This document shows positions 1 through 12,739 of a stretch of 51,635 nucleotides of DNA, in pieces. Every line of letters begins with the position of its first letter. The stretch's first letter is position 1. The position numbers were made by a program, and so were the translations under genes. This DNA comes from Sphaeroforma arctica JP610 (taxonomy: Eukaryota): NCBI RefSeq assembly GCF_001186125.1, contig NW_014040550.1:1-51635 (forward strand). Reading direction: 5' to 3'. The notes beneath the pieces are model-generated. The model worked only from the letters and a program-made list of their open reading frames with translations. It did no database searches and had not been told where the DNA came from.

Positions 1-904
1 ATATATATTTAAAACTTGTATGTCACACACACACTCATGCCTATAGAGTATGCCAGTACACTCCTAATGAGTCATATACAGGTTTGAATATTGACTGACA
101 GCTTGTCAATGAACACGAGCAGTGGTAGACATTTATATATACTTTCGGTACATGGTTGAATTGTGTGACAGGCGTCAAATAAACTGGAAGTCATAGCTCC
201 TAATTCGGGATATAAGAAAGCAATCGGATTGTTTCCCAAGCGCAACCCGTCACTCTCCATCAGCGTACAGACGGCTAGTAATTCAGCACTGAATCACTTC
301 CACGGTGTGTATTGTTCTTAGCACTCTCAGGATCTATCAATAGAGTTTATACGCACGATTTAATTAGCGACTGATCACATAAAACTATCTTCCCCTTAAA
401 TATTGTGCTTGGAAGGTGGTGTTTTTTTCTCGGGCTTTACAGTATGCAGTCAGCGAATGCGTCGGAGTATCGATGCAAGACGTTTGAGTTTCCTTGCATT
501 TGTGCTTGCCATCGGTTTTAGAGTGTACCATTTTTGTAATCGCGTCGACCACATATTACCAACGATATTGTCATACTCCACATGGGAATGGTGTACTCGT
601 GCTTGAGACAAATATGGATGTGATACGTCCTGGATCGGTCTGTGTAGTTTTAGCTGCGTTAAATATGAACTTGATAGTACGATGTACATATATTGTTTGT
701 TGATCAAATGAGCCATGGGCTACTTTTTCGAGTCAAGATGATGGTAGATGTCGTAGACATGAAATGCTTTCCTAGGTAGGAAGAATATGCTTATTTTCTT
801 TGGCTACACTTTTCTACATGTTACCTGTATGTCAAGGGTCATGTAGTGACCTTTTATATATTTTATGTACTATTTTTTTTTCTTCATATATATAAATCAT
901 CCAG

Positions 905-1958
905 GGGAAACGGCACCAGTAAGCGACGAAAGCGATCAAGAAATAGATTCTTTTCAGATGAAAGATCTTGTCGAATTCAGACAGAATTTGACCCGAGCTC
1001 AGGCTAAGGGCATTCTATCCTGGTGAGTATTGTCTTGCCCTTGAATTCTATCTTGTCTCACCCATGCTGTTTAACTTCGCAGTAGCGCCGCGGTTCATTG
1101 GCAGGCTTTTGATCTATATCTGATTCTAGTATATTCAGGCATGGGTCTGATTTCCCTTGACCTTACCCCTTTTGATATTTAAGGCCTTACCCCTTTCGAT
1201 ATCCAGGATGAGATTACAGAAAGTAGACCGAAGGAGGATATTGGAGTCAATGATACGGTTGCAAGCAATCGAATCGACCATGAGAGTAGAAATGAAGATG
1301 AAGTCAGACGAGACCATGGTATGCACACGTACTGAACAACTGGATCGATTGTATATACATCGACTTTTATTTCGTAGATCCTATTTAATATAGATATGGA
1401 TGATTTTAGTCTGACTATGTACGTTATTACTCTCTGGAGAAATTTTGAGAATCATGGTCTCGAAAATTTGCTGTACTCAATTAGGCAACGATTGGTGATC
1501 AATCGTTGCTTTCCCAATGAATGTTATAGCGCATTAAAAAACGATAAATACCGGGTTGGCATGCTTGTAGTTTTATACTTATGGAGCTATACGCCACATC
1601 ACACAGGTGAATAGGATGCGGATATGCGGTGAATATATAAAACTGCATGAGGACGCATTAAGTAAGGTGAGTACGTCGAGATTAAAGGAAGAAATGCTTG
1701 AAGGTACATTCGTGGTAATTGGGATATCTGATAAATATGGCCATACTCAATGAACATTTACGGTTATAAATTGTGGTGTATAATTGTGCAGAATCGTCTT
1801 TGGCTTTGGTGTGTCTGGATGCGTCACATGTCTGCTGTATTTCACAATTCCTTATTGGTACAGATTCTTTGTGCCTAAGGTATTGTTGTGCCAATTAGTA
1901 GCCGAGTTCTCGTCAGCAGCGGGCTATGAAGGCTCATCACAGCGGTGACGATCCATAG
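905..1958 (+). CDS. Hypothetical protein, partial spliced model (ends uncertain)
   Basis: Phase-compatible GT-AG exons 905-1022, 1207-1318 and 1607-1666 read ...ETAPVSDESDQEIDSFQMKDLVEFRQNLTRAQAKGILSW-MRLQKVDRRRILESMIRLQAIESTMRVEMKMKSDETM-VNRMRICGEYIKLHEDALSK. The last exon is unclear (possibly ~1917-1958, or it involves ORF 1976-2335). No family recognised. Confidence 0.4.
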
Positions 1959-3614
1959 TTTCCACCGAAGAATCGTTGTGGGTGTCGCGTGCGAAGCTTC
2001 ATCATTCGCTGTATCTCATGCATCGAGATCGCTTATCATTCTTCTCATCTATTTGCGCACCACAGTTGAACAAGACAACCCATAAACGCCAGCGCAAGAG
2101 GAAGGATGCAGAAATCGTTGTTGATAGAAAGAAATCTAACGTTTCGGTACCCGCACTACCCGGCACGTACAGCGATAGAGTGGTAGATATCACTATGACA
2201 GCCACACCCAGTAAGTTGGATTTGATGGAAAATAAGTCTGAAAAGAAGCGTGATAGAAGACACGTTCCGCGAACGCGTCTGAGACATGTCCTACCGCTGC
2301 CGTCGCTAGATAAGTGGGCCGATTTTCTCCAATAGCATTACTTGGTTATGAAGTAGTAATCAACGGCACAGTAAAAAATATGGTGCATAGGGTTCATCTA
2401 CAAACAGGCTTACAAGCTTATCTCAACTTAAGCAAGCAAATAACTTTACACATGCACGCGCATATGGGAATACACCAAGCGAGGTGCATCGTCACCGCAT
2501 CGGGAAACTATAAGTTTTAGTCTTTGCGTGACCTAAAGGAGTGGAGGTCGGAGGCCATTGTGCAATTATTGAACACAATCAGAAGAAGATCGAATGAACC
2601 TTAACTAAATGCACTAGCACTTACAGGTAACTGGTGTGCTTCATGGGCAAAACTATACCAAGCCCAACTCGCATCACCTGTTGTGAGCAAAGGCCGTGCC
2701 AAATGATGACAAGACAAAGCACCTGTGTGCAGCCAATTTCCACGATTGTTTGGGGTCACTTTCAATCGAAATTTCGCTAGTCAAAGGACCAATCAGCCAC
2801 CAGCTGATACGTGCAACGATCCCTTTTTATATGTGACAGTATCTAATCAGACTTCACATACGCCGGTTGTTTATCTGCCTTTGATATTTATCAATCACGA
2901 GGACCTTCGTAGAGCCAACCAAGGGCAGACAAAGCCTCGGCAATCGATTTTAGCATACAGTGAAGAAGATTCCATGATCTTGTATCAAAAGAGTAGCCGA
3001 CAATAAATATATCATTTATTAGTGGTGTTCTTCTATTGAAGCTTCCGAATAGCTCTGTTGGTCGTCTCGAAAACACATAAGAGGCAGTCGATTGTGTTCG
3101 ACATTTTACTGACAACCTTTTTTCTAGCGACTTTAAAGAATTCCATCACACGAATATACTATTAGAGTGATACAAAAACTAAAACTAAACAATAAAAGAA
3201 ACAGACTCTTGCCACTCCACGCAGCGCGATCGTACTTATACTCAATTAATCGCTTCTTCATGAACAACACGGAAAAATAAAATGCTGAGTCGTAGTTGGA
3301 AGTTTGACTAGGCAGAGATTGTATGCGTGAAACGCATTCTGTTTATTTAGGTGAAATTTTCATCAGTAATTATATTTATATCAAACGATCATGTATGTCT
3401 TGTCATTAGGTACGGGCGTGATCGATGTACAGCTTGATATTCGAAATTAGTTACGACAATATTTGTAAAAATTATCTGATTGTACTTTATTGGATATATT
3501 GCTACCACGGTGTACTAGCCGTATCATACGTTAGGAGGGTCAGTCTCCCTTTCAGACCGTCACATACGCGCTACTAAATTTCTACTAAATTTGATTTGTT
3601 TACTAATTATTATA

Positions 3615-4814
3615 TTAAAGTGCACGGCTCGGCCTGAAAAAGGAGCTAAATTCCGTTGTATGATGAACCACTTCGGTTAGATTCGATACGGGCACGTCCA
3701 GCGCGCCATACTTATTTTTCTTTTCTCCATTCATTGAGATGGGCATCGTATCCTTAGGCTGTTCTGCACTACTTCGATAGTATGTGTAATAATAATGCTG
3801 AATGATCAAAACCAGATCAAAACCAATAGATACCATGGCGAGCCCAGTCTTGGTAGGATTGCCCGTCAAACCGCTCCAGTCGTTTGTGTTGGACGCTTGC
3901 AAAAACATCTGCAACACAGAGGCGACGCCACCAAAGATGTCAAACAATTGCGTACCCACAGAGAACCCAGCCGTTGATTTTCGCTGGAAGTTGAACATCA
4001 CCTGTGGTATATACTTCACCACTGTGAGCATCAACTTCAAAGAAGAGAACGCTTGCAAATACGACAGGATTGCCATGAGATCCATTTTCACGGCAATGAG
4101 CAGTACCACTGCACTCGCCCACATGCATCCATTGATAACCTTTGCACTATGACTGAGCGTCTGATCGGGTGTGCGATAGTGGTGGACCTGTAGCAACACA
4201 ATTCCCGTCATAATGGATGCATGTACCGCAAAAGCAACATCGGATACTGTCACTGGCAAAGTACTCGTCTGATGGATAGTGAAGTACTGCTGTTGCACTG
4301 TTTCAGAATAGTACATACCCACATTGAACAAAGCATAAGACAGAAATCCAGTCAGATTGTAAACAACACCATCGATGTTGAGTCCCGTCACGGACTGGCG
4401 CTTCATGTTCTCCAGCACCTGAGGGTAGAAGCTGAGACTCCACAGAACGAAACACAACCAGCCCAACATTGAAATGTATTGCACCATCTGCAATGAGTTT
4501 ACGACCATAACCTTCGACATGGTTTCGTTCGTTTGAGACATGTTGCCACTCTCAGAACTGTCCAGCGTGACCATGGTCACTGTTGCTTGAGTTGGCCTGT
4601 CTTCGTAAATCTGTGTGCCATTGTTTCTATCAACGCCGTCACTGAGCGCTTGTAACCTTTCCGGGATGGACTCTGTGCTATTATTAGTGAGCGGGTAGGT
4701 GTTCTGCCCATTTGTACTCTCTAACGAAGGCTGTGTTGATATATCGCCGTTGGTTTCCCTCGGATGAGCCAGCCAAGGCAAACTAGCCACAAATAATAAT
4801 TTTGTGATGTGCAT
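3615..4814 (-). CDS. CTNS: Cystinosin-like PQ-loop lysosomal transporter (intronless, 399 aa)
   Basis: Two PQ motifs (WSLSFYPQV, KYIPQV) and cystinosin-type segments RQSVTGLNID, RKSTAGFS, DIFGGVASVLQM, GNPTKTGLA, FDLVLIIQHY. Hydrophobic N-terminus followed by an N-glycosylation-rich lumenal region and about 7 TM segments. Confidence 0.9.
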   Translation of the reverse strand: MHITKLLFVASLPWLAHPRETNGDISTQPSLESTNGQNTYPLTNNSTESIPERLQALSDGVDRNNGTQIYEDRPTQATVTMVTLDSSESGNMSQTNETMSKVMVVNSLQMVQYISMLGWLCFVLWSLSFYPQVLENMKRQSVTGLNIDGVVYNLTGFLSYALFNVGMYYSETVQQQYFTIHQTSTLPVTVSDVAFAVHASIMTGIVLLQVHHYRTPDQTLSHSAKVINGCMWASAVVLLIAVKMDLMAILSYLQAFSSLKLMLTVVKYIPQVMFNFQRKSTAGFSVGTQLFDIFGGVASVLQMFLQASNTNDWSGLTGNPTKTGLAMVSIGFDLVLIIQHYYYTYYRSSAEQPKDTMPISMNGEKKNKYGALDVPVSNLTEVVHHTTEFSSFFRPSRAL

Positions 4815-5503
4815 GTTTGCTGGGCTAATGAAGTGTCAAAATAAATACTGAACACTTTGCGTTACATAATGATAACCTATATACTAAAAAATCAAAAAAA
4901 ATCATTACACATTCCTCTCAGAGGACTCGGACATTCAGTGAGTATGTTCCGAGTAATATTATGAAATAAGGCCCTACATAGCCGCCCTCAGGTCCACTCA
5001 AACCGTCTCAGTTTGCCTCAGGCCTCATCAGGCCTCTGAGGCCAGTACATAGTACTGTATGTACCCCCGGGCCCCCAGTGAACTCACAGTAAAAGTACAA
5101 TCTATCATTTTTAAAGTCCACTTGGAGTTGGAAGTATTTGAAATTTTAGAAAGTGAAATGCCAAAGATATAGTGATATACACACGTTCAATTAGCCACTG
5201 AGATACAAATTTTCAGTACAGGTAATATTAAATTGATACCATTGGTCAATCATCTATAAATGAGAATTGTATCTGCTCACAGTGCTCAGTGCTCACAACT
5301 TCACATTTCACAATTATTCTAATTTAAAATAAAACATTCACAGTATTTTGAACCAACCATACTCCTTAAATCTTCGGGTTTTAGAAAAACATTTTATCCC
5401 AGAGAAAAAATTACTCCGAGAGTCTGAGGACCGAGCTTCGAACTGAAAATTTACTTCTTATATTTTTTGGTGACACACTGTTAAAAAAATACACACGACT
5501 GCA

Positions 5504-5538
5504 CTCGGGCCTCGGGCCTCGGGCCTCGGGCCTCGGTC
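5504..5538 (+). repeat. (CTCGGGC)x4 + CTCGGTC tandem repeat
   Basis: Read directly from the sequence. Confidence 0.9.
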
Positions 5539-5821
5539 TCAAGGGCCTGTGATTGACTACATATTATGAAATATGTGAATGGACCTCTATATAGTTCTAT
5601 TTCTAGAAAAAGTGAAATTTGAGCGTCACTTTAACGCCACTAAAAAAATCACTTTTTACTTCTCTCGCAGACCAAAGCCGTCTATTATAATTATATCTAC
5701 ACATAAGAAGAGAAGAGGGCTACGCTTGTTCGCCATGGGTTTGTCATAAGGTTTTTAGGCATAAGAAAACATAGCCTTCTAATTATAAATTAGACAAAGA
5801 AAAGTCCACTCCTGAAGAGGG

Positions 5822-6020
5822 AAAGAGAGAGAGAGAGAGAACGAGAGAGCGAGAGAGAACGAGAGAGCGAGAGAGAACGAGAGAGCGAGAGAGAACGTGA
5901 GAGCGAGAGAGAACGTGAGAGCGAGAGAGAACGTGAGAGAGAGAGAGAACGTGAGAGCTGCAAACTGCAAACTGCAAACTGCAAACTGCAAACTGCAAAC
6001 TGCAAACTGCAAACTGCGAA
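5822..6020 (+). repeat. Compound minisatellite: 18-bp GAGAGAGAACGWGAGAGC-type units followed by (CTGCAAA)x8 + CTGCGAA
   Basis: Read directly. It accounts for the spurious repetitive ORFs at 5779-6059. Confidence 0.92.
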
Positions 6021-6587
6021 TTCCATCGTCATAATAATGCTCATATTTATTTTAGTCATAGATCTGCATCAATATCCCTCTAAATTATACAAGTGGTCTA
6101 TGATCAGATTGTATGTATACACTCAAAAGAATATATCGCATTTTATCCAGTATCACTTTACACGGGTACTTGCTATCAAGTATCCGAGAGTGACTAAGTG
6201 TAGGACAGTTAGTACATTATATTCTACAAGTTTGAGATATACCCAATTAAACTATTTGCGACGTCGAACTCAAGTTCAATATATCTGGGGAGTGCAAGGT
6301 GTGCGTAGAATTTGAACTGCACTTGTAGTTTTATTTTACTTTTATGGTCGAAAGAACACGATACCCTAAGGATCTTGACAGATGCTGTCGCTAGACAGTA
6401 TATCACGATACTAGTGGCAACGAACCTAGATTCATGTATGGCATACATTTATGCGTGTCCTTATGAAATGACGTGAGGAACCAATGAATGTTCGGTTTAC
6501 ACTCTTTCTGTCTCCCCCCCCTCCCTTGCATTTGGTACCCTCCCCATGTTACTATTCTACAACAAACATAGTCTATGTGGGTGTTGA

Positions 6588-7332
<745 letters not shown>

Positions 7333-8019
7333 CCTCAATAGAACCATATTTGGGATGCGCGTGCTGCTATATGCTCAGGTGGTGGACGCATAGCAAAATC
7401 GTACCCCTAAAACATAAGCTCTGCAAGCATGCTCTTAGCTTCAGCCATACGCCAACCAGGACTTTTAGCACTTGATATGGTAATATATCCGCTCGAGTGT
7501 AGAACTAACGGGTTTGAGCACTTTGTAGATTGCAGCAGTCTTCAACTTTCAGGAAATCAACATTGCTTTAATGTGGGAAATCACAGATGATAAAGTATGT
7601 TCGCAAATGACAATTGATATTGGGATCTGGAAAGATTCGTACCGACAGGCGACAGCCATCCAGCCTCCAGGTCTAGTATGTATGGAGGCTAGGTTCAGAC
7701 TCAAGCACTGAATGGCTCCAGGCCTCCAGCCTCCAGGAGTCCAGCAGTGGATTTTGGCGCGAAACTTCTCGGTGTATTTACATCACGGTTGGCCGGGTTG
7801 CTATATATTTCAAAAATTAATTGTAAATAAATCACATATTTTAGTTGCTACAGACGTCATACGGTCAACTCTCTCAACTCTTGTGATTCGTAGGAGATAG
7901 CCCACTCTCGGATTCAGAATCAAGTTTGAAGCGTGATAAGAATCGCATCATTCGTCTAGCAATGCGAAAACGGAGGATATCGTAAAGACTAGCCAATCTA
8001 TCAGACACAGGTGGTATTG

Positions 8020-11000
8020 TCGATACGACGAATATGGGAAGATGCGACAGAAAATAAAAAATACATCTATCCGCCCGAAGATGTAAGACTTCCGCTTAGC
8101 GAGTCGGAGGTGAGTCTTAATCATTCAACCCTTATAAATATACAATTTAAAACGCATTTCCATACTCCTCGAATAACTATTGCAGGTGGAATTTGCTGAA
8201 CACATATATCTACCTGCTTAGAGATACAAGTTTACTTACAAGCTGGCTAAGCTGGCTGTACTTAATTTCGAATATGCTTATACGGATAAGATGTCTGTCA
8301 ACATATTTTGAGCATTACTTTGTATTGACAAATTATATGTTATTCATGTAACGCCGCAAGTTTTTGTACATACGTTGGTGGCCATACATGCTTTACAAGC
8401 ATTACGCAAATTTAATCACTTCATGTTGGATGATTAAGTGTGTCGACAAATGCTATTGCGTTAGAACCAATCACGGTGCAGGTACTCTAATGTAGATGTA
8501 CCCATGCTGGTATGTATGTCCGTATGCGTGTGGATTTGTACTGATAGAATGGCATGAAACACAAATGAGCACATTCTAATACGAAGGTAAGGGATAATGC
8601 ACACTTCATGTATCTTTCCCGCATATTTCGGCCGTCACTGGAATTATATTCTTAACAACCAGTATTCTATCGAATTAGGGCATTATAGATCTGTAAGTAA
8701 GGAAACATCCGATCGAAGTATGTATCGAGTCATTTGGATGTAATAGATCCGCATAATGATTAAGAATCAGAATGTATGTTTTTATATATCCAGTTCATGA
8801 GCGGAGTTACAGTTTCAATAGTTATCGGGCAAAGAATTTTCATTTACAGCCATGTGAGGCTTCACACTCAATACCATTCGAGGTATGAACATGTGTTGTA
8901 GCGAGCACATTACCTCTCAAATGCTACCGTCAAAATTTCACGATACTTAATTGATTTCCCACGAGCGTAGTACCGAGTTATTGTCGACAAGTTTTGATGA
9001 TGTATCAATTTCACTGTATACAAATAGGTAAAGATGCTTCGGATCCTAAATCAAGCTTGTTGCGCAGGGGGAAGGGTCTCAAGCATCAATTCCGATCGAA
9101 TCTCTATAGCAAAGAAACATTGTTATATTTGTATTTCAACTTTTTTCCAGACGATACCTACAATTCAGGGTGCGATCACCATGTACGGGACGTAGCTATT
9201 TCTCGAATCTCTCTTGTCTAAAATTCGACTCATGCATGCTTGGATAGGATGAATAAAGCTTAACCTATTGCTTTTTCTCCGTCTTATTCTTTTGTGAGTA
9301 GCTACAAGAGCAACTTCTAATGATCACGCTCATATATATGGTTTGACTTCACATCCTTAGCGTTCCATTCCCAACCGAGGGTACTTTTGCTGTGGGGAGT
9401 GTGTTGGTAGAAAACATGCTTGAAACGCGAGGGCTGGTACCGACAATCCCGACGAGGCAAATTTTTTCTTTATTCCCGTTTCATGCACTGGCATGCGTGA
9501 TTTGGTCTCCTCCAGGGAACAGGGTAAGTGCTGAGATTGCTGATATCAAACCAGTTTTCTGTTTTACTGTTGAATGCTGCAGGTGTTTGGCTTCGCGTAC
9601 GTGATGTTGTTTCACAAGGTTTGCACAATTCTGCTTGTATGATTATTATGTGCACCATGTTCAATCCATTATCATGACTGGTTTCTCTCTGATTGACTTG
9701 AGACGAAACCAAACGTAAGCTATAGATGTGATGAAATTCCCTCATCCTGATGCTAAGTCGCTGTACACTCTAAATTGGTGGGAGACTTGTAGCAAGGGCG
9801 TTGAAGCGCTACATCCGACACATCAGCACTGTATATCCTTTTTGGAATCAAATGCTAGGTGCGAATCACTTCCATCTGTGCATACACATGGGTGCTAATG
9901 TAGTAGCTCTATCACTCAGAAGTCTGCATACAAATGCCATAGCAGTGGTGTGTACCGGTGATTACGCAGATAATTACTTCATTCCACACAAGGATATAGT
10001 TGTTCCACCCAACACCATAGACTTTGATGCGCCGGCAGTAAAAGAAGTGATGATGCAGGTGAGCGTGCTATGTCTAGGTGTACTAGCGAGTCCGCGTGTA
10101 GATGTATAAGCGACCAGTCATCGAGTATATTGAAGTGAGCCACTTGTTTCTCTTTCTTCTGTAAAGTCAAGTGCTTCTCATACCTTTCGCCCCGATCGAG
10201 TTTGTACTATTGTGCTGTCCTATCAGTTCTCTTGTGGTATTTATACCCATGGTCATGTTCGACACTACATGCTTGAGTGCATACACATTTTGAAGCTACC
10301 ATAAACGTCGAGCAGTTTGCTCGCGCCACGAGCACTATATTCGAAAGTTTCTGATACATAATGCTTGCTGCACCAGGGTTCACACATACGGAACGCTATT
10401 GCTGCTGACACATAGCCACGGTTAATTTATCGCTATCTAAGACTGTGCGACGGTTCCCTGCCACCTGTGCTTTCATATAACAGGCCAAAAATCTAGCGGA
10501 AGAAGGATAAAAAGTTGGCATTCTTCGCTGGCAACATAGACCGAGGGAGATTGCGACCTCAACTAAAGAAAATATACGGGAACGATCCGACCATTGTGAT
10601 CAGTTGTATGATGGAGGAGAATGACTATTCATACATTGTGCATTACCGCAAAGTGCATATACGCCTCAAAATCAGAATATTTTTGCCGGGCGTTCCGATA
10701 CTTACTTGAATGTTAGCAGAAATCCTTTTAAATTGTAACGCTTTCTCAATTTGGCCTTTTTCCATGCACAGACTATCTAGCCCCAATGCAATATGTGGAA
10801 GCCATGCAAAATACTAAATATTGTCCAATACCTTGAGGTAATGCTATGTACGTGTGGATGTATCGTTTGAGACCATATTATTATTATTTTTTCTAACACA
10901 GCGACTGTATTGGTTGGTATATTGGTACCTAGTGTGTTTTTTGAACGCATCATGTGCGGAGTGCTGATGGGAGGCCGTTAATGGTCAATATAAATCTTCA

Positions 11001-12193
11001 CATTCTGTGCCGATCCTATAATGTTGTCAATCACTTTGACATTTTCAATGTACCTGTATATCGAGGCCCTTTCGAGCAGATTCTAACGTAGAAATCAGAT
11101 GGGTGCGTAAATCGAACTCACTGGCACGCTTAGCGGAAAAAGTCATGCAGTGCAATTGAAAAGATATTTCTATCTGATTCGCCGGCAATCAATGAACTTA
11201 ACCCTTTCAGATAGCAAGGTGAACTCATCGAGGATCAATGACGTTCTCTTTTCCGATTGTGTGTCCGTGATTATGGCGGACTATCACCATTTGCCTTCCG
11301 TTGAGCTAGTAGATTGGAGTCAGTTCGCTGTTCTTATTCCAGAAACCAAGGTGAGTTTCCTAAATGTTACTAGGTAGCTAAAACTATATAGTTCAAGAAG
11401 GGTTGGCGCCAGCGCGACAGTGAAGTAAGCATATTAAATACATCCTCAGCTCACACATGGGAGTACAGTCTAATAATACTTTCAACAATATGTAGACGCA
11501 CACGTGTATACATATTTAAGTTATAAGAGCTCGCTCTCCGGTAAATTAGTATTTACAGATCTTCATTGCTCAATTTATATGACACGTATCATATAGAAAT
11601 TGGAAACCCATATATATAGTGTAAATGAATACACACACACAAACACACACACACACACACACGACAAACACACGCACACACACACACTCGTACACACACA
11701 CACACGCACGCTACCTCACATCACTCACCGACACGCACACGCACTACGNNNNNNNNNNNNNNNNNNNNATATATATGCATGCAAAGCATATTCTTATTTG
11801 ACATACGTTCATCCGCATAGCGATATATATATATATGTACAGACAAACAGTAACTATTACACTTAAATATTGCTGTATTCCTGTTTGGTATGCAATTTAG
11901 TGGAGATTTGTTCAAATGCACATACGTATCTATTGTTTTTTCTTTGCAGTAGTAGACTCCAATATATAACACCTTCATTTTCATCACATGTATGGGGTCC
12001 GCATTGTGCTGACGCGTGGACGCTAAATATTCGAATGCAGGTTGCAGAGTTTAAGCAGATTCTCGAGAAGATATCAACGACGGAATACAAGCGGAAGCTC
12101 GGAAACGTGCGTAAGGTGTGCGATATGCTTGGGTTTCACAGAACCACACCTGTCGAGGGTGACGTGTTTTTCTCGATTCGAATGTTGCATTGA
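8020..12193 (+). pseudogene. Exostosin-family (GT47) glycosyltransferase, apparently disabled
   Basis: Exon fragments match GT47 motifs: EYGKMRQKIK/YIYP, TDNPDEANFFFIPV, YPFWNQMLGANHF, KDIVVPP, LAFFAG, AMQNTKYCPIP, SSRINDVLFSDCVSVIMADYHHLPSVELVDWSQFAVLIPE, GDVFF. Lesions: frameshift at ~8060, in-frame TGA or paired indels in exon 9361-9523, and TGA at 10834-10836 in the conserved P-R-G motif. Confidence 0.8.
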
Positions 12194-12739
12194 CGAAAGA
12201 GACATATCGTCAGATATTATGCACCAATATCAGTAGACGATACTTGAGAGCTTTCTCCCTCGAAGTGGAGCAGCTCGAAGGACGGGTTGACATCCACCTG
12301 CCTAATGTGTTATGTATTTTATGCGATACATGCCCTCCTAAACTATACCACGAATGCCGAATTGCGATCTTCTTGATGTCAGCCATCGAGGGTAGGATAT
12401 GGACGTTCCAGTGTAGCGCCAAAGATGGAAACGGATGTACCACGACTGGTATCGCAAAGGGGAGACAATATAAATCGTGTACCAATACCTCTAGCCTAGG
12501 GTGGTGAGGTATGGCGAGGGTGTTGGTATGGGAGAGAGAAAAGCAAAAATAGAAATGTGACAGGATAATGATACTATAACGGAGACGTACATAAGAGTCA
12601 ATTATCGAGCCACTTTATGTACACTTTGCAACCGATATCGAGTGCATCGCACAAGGCTCGATGTGTCCAGTGATGGCCAGTCATGAAGTACAATACTAAT
12701 CATCTCGACTGCACTTCAGAACGTTTCTGTAGCACACTT

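Noticed and set aside
5822..6020. Regular repeats as a possible CRISPR array or telomeric tract
   Set aside because: No unique spacers, eukaryotic context, and the units do not match known telomere repeats.
10834..10836. In-frame TGA as selenocysteine or programmed readthrough
   Set aside because: It aligns to Arg of P-R-G (CGA>TGA), not Cys, and the gene has independent frameshifts.
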